Source: a virus
Lineage: Duplodnaviria > Heunggongvirae > Uroviricota > Caudoviricetes
DNA: 64,000 bases
IMG/VR virus record: IMGVR_UViG_3300006131_000005
Direction: 5' to 3' (one strand)
Shown in pieces: positions 25,829-36,200 of the stretch. A program made the position numbers and the translations under genes. The notes beneath the pieces were generated by a model. The model was not told the DNA's origin and made no database searches. It saw only the letters and a list, made by a program, of their open reading frames with translations. Position 1 is the stretch's first letter. Every line of letters starts with the position of its first letter.

Positions 25829-26656
25829 ATGAAAATCCCGACCGGATTAGTGCCCAAAGCGGAGCGGTTCTTGAAAAAGGCTTCGCCGACGATCCTTACC
25901 TGCATTGGCGCGGCTGGTGTCGTGGCTACCGCTATTATGGCGGCCAAGGCGACCCCGAAAGCGTTGAAGCTGATCCACTCGGACAGCCGCATCAATCATG
26001 ATGGAGACCCGAATGCCTACACCAAGAAAGAGGCAGTGGCGTCCTGCTGGAGGTGTTACGTCCCCACGGTAATTGTCGGCGGCTCCACCATCGCCTGCAT
26101 ATTTGGGGCGAATGCTCTGAACAAACGCCAACAGGCGGCTCTTGCCAGCGCCTACGGGCTCGTGAGTCAGGCCTATAACGACTACAAGCGCAAGGTTCGC
26201 GAGAATTTTGGCGAGGAGGCCCACCGGGATATCATGCGGCAAATCGCCGCTGAACGCAGCAGTGGCGCTACGATCATCTCCCCCAATCTCATTAACGGTT
26301 CGTGCTTGGAATTTGAGGGTGCGAACGAGGAACAGCGGCTGTTCTATGACGCGATGTCTGAGCGATATTTTCAGGCTACCATCAGTCAGGTTCTCCAAGC
26401 GGAGTATCATCTCAACCGTAATTTCGCGCTTGGTGGAGGATTTATCACGCTGAATAACTTTTATGAATTTCTCGGCATTGACGGTGTTCAGGGTGGCGAT
26501 GACATTGGTTGGATGGTTTCGGACGGCCTCTATTGGGTCGATTTCGACCACAGCCGAGCCATGGTGGACGATGGTCTGAATGGTGAAGTCGAATGTTTTA
26601 TCATCGACGCGCCGTTTCCGCCGGTCAGCGAAGCGGAATACGATGAATATTTGTGA
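25829..26656 (+). CDS. Two-TM membrane protein, paralog family member 1 (unknown function)
   Basis: Shares SP(E/T)IL..IG.AG...T.IMA.KATPKAL, CY(I/V)P..IVGG..IAC, ALA.AY, LN.FY..(L/I)G(L/I)...G...GW with 27232..28017 and 29932..30915. Confidence 0.55.
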   Translation: MKIPTGLVPKAERFLKKASPTILTCIGAAGVVATAIMAAKATPKALKLIHSDSRINHDGDPNAYTKKEAVASCWRCYVPTVIVGGSTIACIFGANALNKRQQAALASAYGLVSQAYNDYKRKVRENFGEEAHRDIMRQIAAERSSGATIISPNLINGSCLEFEGANEEQRLFYDAMSERYFQATISQVLQAEYHLNRNFALGGGFITLNNFYEFLGIDGVQGGDDIGWMVSDGLYWVDFDHSRAMVDDGLNGEVECFIIDAPFPPVSEAEYDEYL

Positions 26657-26706
26657 CCGATACGCAGAAAACGCAATGACTGTTATGGAAAGGAGGTAAA
26701 CGCTTC

Positions 26707-26889
26707 ATGAGAAGGAAACGTGACACGATCAAGCTTTTGGCTATTCTTGCCACCGGCCTCGGATTTGCGGCAACGCTGCTGTCCGATTGGGCCAACAGCA
26801 AGGAGCAGGAGGCATTGATCGAGGAAAAGGTCAATGAGGCGCTCGCCAAACGCGACAAGGAAGAGAATGAAGACGAGGAGGAGTCCTGA
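26707..26889 (+). CDS. Small membrane protein with acidic tail
   Basis: ATG after GAAAGGAGGTAAACGCTTC. Confidence 0.35.
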   Translation: MRRKRDTIKLLAILATGLGFAATLLSDWANSKEQEALIEEKVNEALAKRDKEENEDEEES

Positions 26890-26905
26890 ACAGGGGCTCT
26901 TCCCC
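26881..26905 (+). terminator. Hairpin terminator (GAGTCCTGAACAGGGGCTC)
   Basis: Conserved hairpin family. Confidence 0.45.
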
Positions 26906-26925
26906 TTTGCCTGTGAGGTGAATGA

Positions 26926-27214
26926 CATGGATGCGCTTGATGCGGTAGACAAAATCCGCTGGTTCATGGAGCTTCCGGAAGCTCGCCCCGGTCTGCCCTG
27001 GGATAAGGAGTTTGAGAATCGTGCCTATATTCGCTGGGCCTGTAGTGAACTGACGCAGGATCTTATGGAGCGTCTGGATATTCCGGCCGAGATGACCATA
27101 GATGCGTTCTGGTTTCGGATGTTGCAGTTCTATCATTTCGCGGGCACTCCGAAAATGAGCAAAATCTTCCAGATCGCGATGGACACAGCGGATACAATCA
27201 AAGCAATGATTTGA
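26926..27214 (+). CDS. Hypothetical protein
   Basis: Internal ATG of ORF 26834..27214 after GTGAGGTGAATGAC. Confidence 0.4.
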
Positions 27215-27231
27215 AAGGAGATAGTTTTCTG

Positions 27232-28017
27232 ATGGATAAGCAAATGCTTGTCAATGCGGTTAAGAGTGTACGGACGGCGGCCAAACGGCACAGTCCGGAG
27301 ATACTCACCGGCATTGGCATCGCCGGCATGATTACTACGACTATCATGGCGGTTCGCGCCACACCGAAAGCTCTGACCATCATCGGCGAATGCGAGGTGG
27401 ATGAAAACCGGAAGCTCTCCAAGACGGAGGTCGTAAAAGCCACCTGGACCTGTTATATTCCGTCCGCAATCGTCGGCGGGGCGTCTATCGCTTGTCTTGT
27501 GGGCTCCACCTCCGTCAACCTTCGCCGGAACGCGGCCTTGGCGGCGGCTTACAGTTGCGCCGAGACTGCGCTGCGGGAGTACCAGGACAGGGTCGTAGAG
27601 GTCATCGGCGAGAAGAAGGAGCAGACGATCCGGGACGCGGTGGCAAAGGAACGGATCGAGAAGCATCCGGTTTCCGAGCAGCAGATTCTCTACACCGGCC
27701 ACGGTGATACCTTATGTTATGATGCTTGGTGCTCGCGGTACTTCAAATCCGACATTGAGGTGATTCGGCGGGCTATTCATGAACTGAATGACCGGCTTCG
27801 GGTGGACAATTATATTTCCCTGAACGAGTTTTATGACGCCATCGGCTTGGAAGAATCGAAAACCGGAGAAATCCTCGGGTGGAATATCGGGAAGGGCTAC
27901 ATCCAGCTTGCCTTCAGTTCCGTGTTGGCGTCCGATCTGACGCCGTTTCCGGATACGCCCTGTCTGGCGATCGACTTCCGGGTGCCCCCGCAGTACGACT
28001 ACGACCGGGGCTGGTGA
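27232..28017 (+). CDS. Two-TM membrane protein, paralog family member 2
   Basis: ATG after GAAAGGAGATAGTTTTCTG; see 25829..26656. Confidence 0.55.
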   Translation: MDKQMLVNAVKSVRTAAKRHSPEILTGIGIAGMITTTIMAVRATPKALTIIGECEVDENRKLSKTEVVKATWTCYIPSAIVGGASIACLVGSTSVNLRRNAALAAAYSCAETALREYQDRVVEVIGEKKEQTIRDAVAKERIEKHPVSEQQILYTGHGDTLCYDAWCSRYFKSDIEVIRRAIHELNDRLRVDNYISLNEFYDAIGLEESKTGEILGWNIGKGYIQLAFSSVLASDLTPFPDTPCLAIDFRVPPQYDYDRGW

Positions 28018-28047
28018 CGCGCGAAAAACGCACACGCTGTTATGGAG
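28018..28047 (+). promoter_or_regulatory. Conserved intergenic motif copy (CGCGCGAAAAACGCACACGCTGTTATGGAG)
   Basis: Family motif. Confidence 0.4.
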
Positions 28048-28087
28048 AACAATCCAAATAATTCATATTTTGAAAGGAGCAAAAACC

Positions 28088-28378
28088 ATGGAAGAGAAGA
28101 ATATGGTAGAGTTCGAGGATGTCGACAACGTCGATGAGATCGAGGAGACCGAGGAGAATACCCCGCGGCGTTCCGGGATCGGCACCTTCGGAGCCATGGC
28201 CATCGGCAGCGGCTTGACGCTGGGCGGAATCGCCCTGTTCAAGAAGTTGAAGAAAGTCATGGCTGCGAAGAAGGCCGCAAAGGAAGCTGCGGCGGAGACA
28301 TCTGAGGCCATCGAGGTCGAAGTGGTCGAAACCACGGACCCTCATTCGGAAACCCAGGAGGAGCAGCCGGCAAAGTAA
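28088..28378 (+). CDS. Acidic protein with central TM segment
   Basis: ATG after GAAAGGAGCAAAAACC. Confidence 0.4.
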   Translation: MEEKNMVEFEDVDNVDEIEETEENTPRRSGIGTFGAMAIGSGLTLGGIALFKKLKKVMAAKKAAKEAAAETSEAIEVEVVETTDPHSETQEEQPAK

Positions 28379-28462
28379 GAAGAACGAGGGGTTCGCCAAG
28401 GGAGAGTACCTATAACAAGGTGCTTTCCCTTTTGCTTTATATTTTCAGTGAGGATGGTATTT

Positions 28463-28681
28463 ATGAACGATCTTGCGATTCTGCGGACGATACGGTGTTT
28501 CTACTATCCGGAGGAAAGGCTGTTCAGAACCGAGAACAGTGAGGTGATCCTGAATCTGTATCCGCTGGTTCCGCCCAGCATGATATTTATGTTCCGGCGC
28601 AATAAGCGGACTGTGAGCTATATGAACCACAAGTACCATATCAAGACAATTCTTTTATATCCGACAAAGGAGGCAGTGTAA
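28463..28681 (+). CDS. Hypothetical protein
   Basis: ATG after GTGAGGATGGTATTT. Confidence 0.35.
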   Translation: MNDLAILRTIRCFYYPEERLFRTENSEVILNLYPLVPPSMIFMFRRNKRTVSYMNHKYHIKTILLYPTKEAV

Positions 28682-29286
28682 TGGCAGAAGAGTATCCGTC
28701 CAACTCCAATCGTGCGAAAAACGATAAGCCCGCCGCTCCCGAGAAAAAGGTAGAAGCGGTGGTGTCTGGCGGCGCCAAGACCCGGAAGAAGAGCGAGGCC
28801 AAGAAGCTCGCTGACACCTTCATCTCCGAGGATGCCAGCAATGTCAAGAATTATATTCTTGGGGATGTGCTGATCCCGGCTATCAAGAAGGCTGTCTGCG
28901 ACATCGTGACCAACGGGATCGAGATGATCCTCTACGGTGAGACTGGACGGGCCAAAGGCAGCACCGTCAACTACTCGAAAATCTCCACCCGCCGGTATGA
29001 TCGTTCTGGCGAGCGCCGGGACTATACGGCGTCGGCGCGGCGCGGTTTCGACTATGACGAGGTGATCGTCCCGAGCAGGGGCGAGGCTCAGAAAATCCTG
29101 GACTGTATGGACGAGGTCATCGCGCAGTATCGGTTCGTGAGCATCTTCGACCTGTATGAGCTGGCCGGTCTGGATGCGCCGTATACCTACGACAAGTATG
29201 GCTGGAGCGATATCAGCACCGCGAGGGTCCTCTCGGTTCGGGAGGGTTACCTCATTAAGCTCCCCCGCCCTGTTCCGGTGGATTGA
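28681..29286 (+). CDS. Hypothetical protein
   Basis: ATG after AAGGAGGCAGTGTA. Confidence 0.45.
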   Translation: MAEEYPSNSNRAKNDKPAAPEKKVEAVVSGGAKTRKKSEAKKLADTFISEDASNVKNYILGDVLIPAIKKAVCDIVTNGIEMILYGETGRAKGSTVNYSKISTRRYDRSGERRDYTASARRGFDYDEVIVPSRGEAQKILDCMDEVIAQYRFVSIFDLYELAGLDAPYTYDKYGWSDISTARVLSVREGYLIKLPRPVPVD

Positions 29287-29401
29287 CCGTCTATGGAATA
29301 CGGCTATCTGACACCCTACGGCTTTAAGGGCTTGGTCGACGGCAGATGGATGCTGTTTGCGACCGAATCCGAGTACCACGAATATTTGAAGGAGGAAGAC
29401 C

Positions 29402-29926
29402 ATGAAAAACAGTAATCTGGAGCTTATCGTCGGCATCGGCGTTGCCATCGCTGGGATGATCGGTATCGGCTACGCCATCGGCACTCGCTCCAAAATGAAT
29501 ACCCTGTGCGAGAAGCTGGACACGTCCATTGACAAGCTGTCGGATGACATTCCGGTTGATATTCCGGAGAAGCTGGTGTCTCGCGCCATTGAGAACGCCG
29601 TGCAACGGGAAGTGGCGGCTGCTGTGAAGCTGGCTACGAATGAGGTGGTTGCCGCGGCCGAGCGCGACATCCGCAAGGAAGTGAACGCTGAGGTGGAGCG
29701 GCAGTATACCGCAATCTCCGACGGGGTTACGGACGAGATTGCCGCCCGTGTCGCCCGCATCGACGAGGCCAAGCTTCGGAAAGAAGTGGTCGAGAAGGCC
29801 AAGAAACAGATCGCCGACAAGTTCGACGATAAGCTGGACGACCTTTTGGAGGAGTTCAATGGAAACCTTCAGAATGTCGGGAAAATCTACACTTCCATTG
29901 CCAAATCATTTACTAAGGAGGGTTAA
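29402..29926 (+). CDS. Membrane-anchored coiled-coil protein
   Basis: RBS GAAGGAGGAAGACC; N-term TM LIVGIGVAIAGMIGIGYAIG then A/E/K-rich helices. Confidence 0.45.
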   Translation: MKNSNLELIVGIGVAIAGMIGIGYAIGTRSKMNTLCEKLDTSIDKLSDDIPVDIPEKLVSRAIENAVQREVAAAVKLATNEVVAAAERDIRKEVNAEVERQYTAISDGVTDEIAARVARIDEAKLRKEVVEKAKKQIADKFDDKLDDLLEEFNGNLQNVGKIYTSIAKSFTKEG

Positions 29927-29931
29927 TCACC

Positions 29932-30915
29932 ATGAAAAAGACTGAACTGACTGCTACCTTGAGCCGCACCGTAAATAAGGTCGGCCTCCAGATCAAGAAG
30001 AGGAGCCCCGAGATCCTGATCGTCGCCGGCGTGGTAGGCACCGTCACCAGCGCCGTCATGGCCTGCAAGGCCACCCTGAAGGTGGACGAGATCATGCGGG
30101 AGAGCAACGACACCATCGAGAAGGTCCACAAGGCCCGGAGCATGGATGGGCAGCCGTCCCCCAGCAACCCTGAGAAGGTCATCGAGTACACCGCCGATGA
30201 CGCGAAGAGCGACTTGACCAAGGTCTATATCCAGACCGGCCTGAAGCTGGCTCACCTCTACGCCCCCTCTGTCATCCTGGGTGCTCTGTCCATCACCTGC
30301 TTCATTACGTCCCACAACATCATGCGCAAGCGCTGTGCCAATCTGGCGGCGGCATACGGCACCTTGGATACGGCCTTTAAGAAGTACCGCGAGCGGGTGG
30401 CAGAGCGCTTTGGTGAGGAAGTGGAGAAGGAGATCCGCTACAACATCAAGGCCAAGGAGATCGAGAAGACCATCGTGGACCCTGAGACCGGCGAGGAAAA
30501 GACTGTGAAGGAGACCGTCAAGGTCATGGACGGCGACCCTTCTTCGGTCAGTCCCTATGCTGTGGAGTTCAGCGAGAGCAACCCCAACTACTGCAAGGAC
30601 CCCAATATGAGCTTTGCCTTCCTGCGGGCCCAGCAGCAGTATTTCAACGACCTGCTCCAGGCGAAGGGGCACGTCTTCCTGAACGAGGTTTACGACGCTC
30701 TGGGCCTCCCTCGTACCAAGGCTGGCGCTGTCGTCGGCTGGGTCTTCGACTCGGATGCGCCTGTGGGCGACAACTATATCGACTTCGGCATGTACACCGC
30801 GGACAAGGAGAAGGTGCGGGATTTCGTCAACGGCGTGGAGCCGACGATCCTGCTGGACTTCAATGTGGACGGAGTGATTCTGGACCTGATCGCAAGCCAT
30901 CAGGCGATTGCGTAA
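29932..30915 (+). CDS. Two-TM membrane protein, paralog family member 3
   Basis: See 25829..26656; longest and most divergent copy. Confidence 0.55.
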   Translation: MKKTELTATLSRTVNKVGLQIKKRSPEILIVAGVVGTVTSAVMACKATLKVDEIMRESNDTIEKVHKARSMDGQPSPSNPEKVIEYTADDAKSDLTKVYIQTGLKLAHLYAPSVILGALSITCFITSHNIMRKRCANLAAAYGTLDTAFKKYRERVAERFGEEVEKEIRYNIKAKEIEKTIVDPETGEEKTVKETVKVMDGDPSSVSPYAVEFSESNPNYCKDPNMSFAFLRAQQQYFNDLLQAKGHVFLNEVYDALGLPRTKAGAVVGWVFDSDAPVGDNYIDFGMYTADKEKVRDFVNGVEPTILLDFNVDGVILDLIASHQAIA

Positions 30916-30926
30916 AGGAGGCCGCC

Positions 30927-31535
30927 ATGAACAAACGAATCGCTCATGGGATGATATTTGTTCCGCTGCTGTGTCTTCTGTTGGCCCTGCTCGCCTTCGC
31001 CCCTGTCTGGACATGGCAACATGACGCTCAGCCTCCCATCGAGGAGGCGGCGTCCGAGCCGGTGAAGACACCCTGCCCCCTGGAGTTGAACGACCTGGCT
31101 CCTCTTGTTAGCAAAGAGATATTTTATGCTCCATCTCCTTCGACGGCGGCGGAAACGACCCCCCCAGTGGAGGATTGGGTTTGTCCGCTTACGGACGAGG
31201 GGGTGGAGCTTATCGCTTTGCTTACGATGGCCGAAGCGGAGGGCGAATCCGAGTATGGGCAGCGCCTTGTGATCGACTCTGTGCTCAACCGGATGGATTC
31301 GGAGCACTTCCCTGATACCGTACATGGCGTAATCTATCAAAAGAATCAGTATTCATCCATGACTGGCGAACGCGTCACTCGCTGCTGGGTCAAGGAGGAA
31401 TTGTGTGAGCTGGTGCGTTCCGAATTAAAGGAGAGGACTGACTATGATGTGGTTTTCTTCCGAACAGGACACTATCATCCCTATGGAACCCCATTATTCC
31501 AGGTCGGAGCCCATTACTTTTCCAAGTACGGATGA
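30927..31535 (+). CDS. Cell-wall hydrolase, SleB/Hydrolase_2 family, with N-terminal signal/TM
   Basis: LTMAEAEGESEYGQRLVIDSVLNRMDSEHFPDTVHGVIYQKNQYS matches Hydrolase_2 core (A.AEA.GE..G...V..VLNR......FP.T...V..Q..Q(F/Y)S). Confidence 0.55.
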   Translation: MNKRIAHGMIFVPLLCLLLALLAFAPVWTWQHDAQPPIEEAASEPVKTPCPLELNDLAPLVSKEIFYAPSPSTAAETTPPVEDWVCPLTDEGVELIALLTMAEAEGESEYGQRLVIDSVLNRMDSEHFPDTVHGVIYQKNQYSSMTGERVTRCWVKEELCELVRSELKERTDYDVVFFRTGHYHPYGTPLFQVGAHYFSKYG

Positions 31536-31653
31536 AAGGAGCGGATATCATGATGGACCATATGAGGACCCTTTTGAGTTACACCCTGGCGACGATGGCC
31601 GGGATCTGCTTCATCGGCGGGGTTGCCGTTCTGTCTGGCGGGAGGTGACGAAC

Positions 31654-31842
31654 ATGGACGGCTTGGCGAACATTATCTCGATGCTCGATTATGTACTCGA
31701 TTCCCCGAGAAAACGGCATATCACTGGAGGTATTCTGCTGAGCGTTTCCATGCTTTTCGGCAGTCTGGCGCTGACTGTCATCACCCTGAAGAACGAGGAA
31801 AACATCATTGAGGAGGAACCCGAACATGAACAAGAAGAGTAG
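31654..31842 (+). CDS. Small membrane protein (62 aa); preceded by a 32-codon hydrophobic ORF at 31549..31647
   Basis: ATG after GGGAGGTGACGAAC. Confidence 0.3.
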   Translation: MDGLANIISMLDYVLDSPRKRHITGGILLSVSMLFGSLALTVITLKNEENIIEEEPEHEQEE

Positions 31843-32440
31843 TCTTCTGGCGTTTATGCTGGGTATGGCCGTTGGCTCGGCCATCACCTGGCAGATGATC
31901 AAAGATCGGTACGAACGCCGTATCGAGGAAGATCGCAAATCGCTGGAAGCGATGTATTCGGCCAAGAAGATGACCGGGGCCGTAAAGCCCGAAGCCGCTG
32001 AGACGAAGCCGGAGGAGAAGCCTGCCCCCGATCCCAAGGAGCTTGCCGAGCGGGCAAAGGACAAGCCCGACATCGGTGAGTACGCCAAGCGGCTCCAGGG
32101 CGAGGGCTACACCAACTATGCCGGTGGCGGACAGGTCATGGAGGTCAAGGAGCCGCCCAAGGCCGACGCCGTGGATATTCCCTACGTCATCTCTCCGGAT
32201 GATTTTGGGGAATTGGACGGCTATGAGCGAATCAGCCTCACCTACTATGCCGATGGTGTGCTGGCCGACGAGGACAACGAACCGGTGGATGACATCGAGG
32301 AGATTGTCGGCGACGGTCTGGAGCACTTCGGCGAGTATGAGGAGGACTCGGTCTTCGTCCGCAACGACGCGAAGAAGTGCGACTATGAGATTCTCAGGGA
32401 TCTGCGCACGTTTGCCGAGGTCGTCGCGAAATTTCGTTAA
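31826..32440 (+). CDS. Membrane-anchored acidic protein
   Basis: ATG after GAGGAGGAACCCGAAC; N-term TM. Confidence 0.45.
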   Translation: MNKKSSLLAFMLGMAVGSAITWQMIKDRYERRIEEDRKSLEAMYSAKKMTGAVKPEAAETKPEEKPAPDPKELAERAKDKPDIGEYAKRLQGEGYTNYAGGGQVMEVKEPPKADAVDIPYVISPDDFGELDGYERISLTYYADGVLADEDNEPVDDIEEIVGDGLEHFGEYEEDSVFVRNDAKKCDYEILRDLRTFAEVVAKFR

Positions 32441-32452
32441 GGAGGTATAACT

Positions 32453-32995
32453 TTGACCAGAGACGAGTTGGTAAATCGGTACTTCGATTGGATGTACCAG
32501 CTCGTGGTCGACCGATATTCCAAGCTGTCTTATCGGAGGCTGTTCGCCAAGCTCCATTCGACGGAGTTTATATTTGAGATTCCGATGGATGGAAACCGAG
32601 CCGAAGACGGCGTCGAGCTTAGATATCGGTTCGGCCGCGAGCAGAACTATCCGGACGCTATGGTTGCGTCTCTGCTGGATGACACCTCTTGCAGCATTCT
32701 TGAAATGATGATTGCCCTTTCCATTCGCTGTGAAGAGCACATCATGGACAATCCCGATATTGGCAATCGAACCGGGCAGTGGTTCTGGAACATGATTGTC
32801 AACCTCGGACTGGGTTCCATGGATGACGAGAAGTTTGACCGCGGGTATGTTGAGTTCGTACTCAACCGCCTGCTGGACAGGCAGTACGAGCGGAATGGGA
32901 AGGGCGGTCTCTTCACCGTAAGCAACTGCCGGAGGGACATGCGCTCGGTTGATATCTGGTATCAGATGTGCTGGTATCTGGATGAGATCGTGTAG
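32453..32995 (+). CDS. Hypothetical protein
   Basis: TTG after AAGGAGGTATAAC. Confidence 0.45.
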   Translation: MTRDELVNRYFDWMYQLVVDRYSKLSYRRLFAKLHSTEFIFEIPMDGNRAEDGVELRYRFGREQNYPDAMVASLLDDTSCSILEMMIALSIRCEEHIMDNPDIGNRTGQWFWNMIVNLGLGSMDDEKFDRGYVEFVLNRLLDRQYERNGKGGLFTVSNCRRDMRSVDIWYQMCWYLDEIV

Positions 32996-33031
32996 CGTGT
33001 CTCTTCTTATATTTTTGAAAGGAGATACCCG

Positions 33032-33262
33032 ATGAACGAGATGCTCAATTACGTCTTCAAGTCGATGAAGACCACCGAGAGGGCCCTGGCCAAGCTGGAA
33101 AAGACCATGCGCAGGCAGGTCAGGTCTAACCGGCGGCTCAAGCTCATTGCCATCACCGGCGTTGCTTACGCGCTCTGGGCGGAGACCGTCCGCCGGGAGC
33201 AGCAGGAGGAGATCGAACGCCTGAGCGGTGAGGTCGAGGAGTTGAAGCGCAAAGGAGAGTAA
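33032..33262 (+). CDS. Hypothetical small coiled-coil protein
   Basis: ATG after GAAAGGAGATACCCG. Confidence 0.4.
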   Translation: MNEMLNYVFKSMKTTERALAKLEKTMRRQVRSNRRLKLIAITGVAYALWAETVRREQQEEIERLSGEVEELKRKGE

Positions 33263-33270
33263 CACATGCA

Positions 33271-36200
33271 ATGTTAGATTTCGTAACGATTTCAACGCGT
33301 TCTACGAAGCGTGGCGTAATAGAAATCTATCCAAAGTTCATAGTCCGAACGAGCAACGACCTCATGATCCGGGGCGGCGATTTCTACGCTATCTGGGTTG
33401 ATGAACGCGGCTTATGGTCTACCAATGAGGAGGACGCTCTTCAGCTCATAGACCGCGAACTGGATAGATACGCGGAGGAACATCGCCACGGTTTCGATGC
33501 GAACATTCACATCCTACATCTGTGGGACGCCGAGTCGGGCATGATCGACGCATGGCATAAGTATTGCCAGAAGCAAATGTGGGACTCTTTCCATATGCTC
33601 GACGAAAAATTGATATTCTCCAACAGCAACGCTGGCAAGAAGGACTACGCCAGCAAAAAACTGCCCTATCCGCTTGAACCAGGAAGCACGACAGCCTATG
33701 ACAAGCTGATGTCCACTCTCTACGAACCGGAGGAGCGTCACAAGATTGAGTGGGCTATTGGCTCCGTTGTCTGCGGTGAGTCCAAGAAGCTCCAGAAGTT
33801 CATGGTGCTGTATGGCGAGGCCGGTACGGGTAAGTCTACGGTGCTCAACATCATCCAGAAACTCTTTGAGGGCTACTACAAGACCTTTGAGTCGAAGGCG
33901 CTTGGGTCGGCCAGTAATGTATTTGCGTTGGAAGCGTTTCGCTCGAACCCGCTGGTAGCCATTGAGCATGACGGAAAACTGTCTCGCATTGAGGACAATA
34001 CCCGTCTGAACAGTCTGGTTTCCCACGAGGAGATGACGGTGAATGAGAAGTTCAAGTCTGTCTACACCAACAGCTTCAAGTGCTTTCTGTTCATCGGCAC
34101 AAATGAGCCCGTCAAGATTACGGACGCCAAATCGGGCTTGATCCGAAGGCTCATCGACGTCTCCCCATCGGGAAACAAACTGCCAGCTGCGGAATACCGG
34201 GCAATCGTGAAGCAGATCGACTTCGAGCTCAGCGCGATTGCCTACCACTGTCAGGAGGTCTACCAGGAAGACCCCGGCTACTATGACGATTACATCCCTA
34301 TCGCCATGCTGGGGGCCTCCAACGACTTCTATAACTTTGTGGTGGACAGCTACCCGGTGTTCAAGCAGGAGGACGGCGTATCGCTGAAAGCAGCCTGGGA
34401 GATGTATAAAACCTACAATGAGGAGGCGAAGGTCACCTATCCACTGAGCAAGCGGGCGTTTAAGGAGGAACTGAAAAACTATTTCTGGACGTATGATGAT
34501 CGCCCTACCCTTGACGACGGAGCCCGTATCCGCAATTACTACAGCGGGTTTCGGACGGAAAAGTTCGAGGATCGGCTTGTCAGTATCACGCCCGAGGAAA
34601 AGAAGCCAAAACTCATTCAGTTTGACGCCACAGAATCTATATTTGACCGGGAGTGTTCCGATTGCCTCGCGCAGTATGCCTCGGCCAATGAAACTCCGAC
34701 CCAGAAGTGGGAAAAGGTCACGACTCAGCTCTCGCAGTTGGACACCAGTCGGCTTCACTATGTCAAGCTGCCGGAAAACCACATCGTCATCGACTTTGAT
34801 ATTCCGGACGACCAGGGCAACAAGTCCTTTGAGCGGAATCTGGAAGAGGCGAGTAAGTGGCCGGCGACCTATGCCGAGGTGAGCAAGAGCGGCTGCGGCA
34901 TCCACCTGCACTACATCTATACCGGCGATGTATTAAGACTCAGCAGGGTCTATGCAGACCACATTGAGATCAAGATATTTACGGGAAAGAGCTCCCTGCG
35001 CCGGAAGCTGTCGAAAAGCAATAACCTGCCTATCTCGACGATCAGCTCAGGTTTACCGTTGAAAGGAGAAAGTAAAGTGGTAAACGATAAAGTGGTCCAA
35101 AGCGAGAAAGGGCTTAGAAGACAGATCAGGCAAAATCTCAATAAGGAGATCCATCCCAATACTAAGCCCAGCATCGACTTTATCTATAAGATCCTGGAGG
35201 ACAGCTATAACAGCGGCCTCGTCTATGATGTGACGGATATGCGCAACGCTGTTCTGGCCTTCGCGGCCAACAGCAGCAACAAATCCGAGTATTGCATCAA
35301 ACTGGTCAACCGGATGAAGTTCAAGTCCGACGATCAGTCTCCCTCGGCGAAGGACGACAAGGCCAAGCTGGTGTTCTACGACGTGGAGGTCTTCCCCAAC
35401 CTGTTCCTGGTGAACTGGAAGTTCGAGGGCCCGGGGGCGTCGGTGGTGCGGATGATCAATCCCACCTCCAAGGAGATTGAGGAACTGATGAAGTTCAACC
35501 TGGTCGGCTTCAACTGCCGCCGGTATGACAATCACATCCTCTACGCCCGTCTGATGGGATACACCAACGAGCAGCTCTATAACCTGTCCCAGCGCATCAT
35601 CAGCAGCGAGAAAAAGGCCCGGAGCAACAACTGCTTCTTTGGTGAGGCGTATAACGTCTCGTATACGGACGTCTATGATTTCTGCTCCAAAAAGCAGTCT
35701 CTGAAGAAGTGGGAAATCGAGTTGGGCATCCACCATCAGGAGCTGGGCCTTCCCTGGGATCAGCCGGTGCCGGAGAACATGTGGATGAAGGTCGCCGAAT
35801 ACTGCGACAACGACGTTATTGCCACTGAAGCTGTATTCAACGCCCGGAAGGCGGACTTCGTTGCTCGAGAGATTCTGGCGGACGTGGCCGGCATGACGGT
35901 CAATGACACCACCAACACCCTGACCGCCCGGATTATCTTTGGCGGGAACCGTAAGCCGCAGGATGTGTTTAACTATCGGGATATGGGCGACGTGAGCCAG
36001 ATATTTGATCCTGACGGAGATCTGCCTTTTACCATGGGCCCCCAGGAGTTCGATCGGTATACGGCCTTCGACAAAAAGAAGCGGCCTATCTTCCCTGGGT
36101 ACAAGTTTGAGAACGGCAAGTCCATCTATCGCGGCGAGGAGGTTGGCGAAGGCGGCTATGTCTATGCCGAGCCCGGAATGTACGGGAACATCGCCCTGCT

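Noticed and set aside
29923-33295. Antisense ORFs (382 aa and 496 aa) across paralog 3, the SleB-like gene and neighbours
   Set aside because: They overlap a series of plus-strand genes that each have their own RBS. Composition is Arg/Gly/Leu-rich and non-protein-like.
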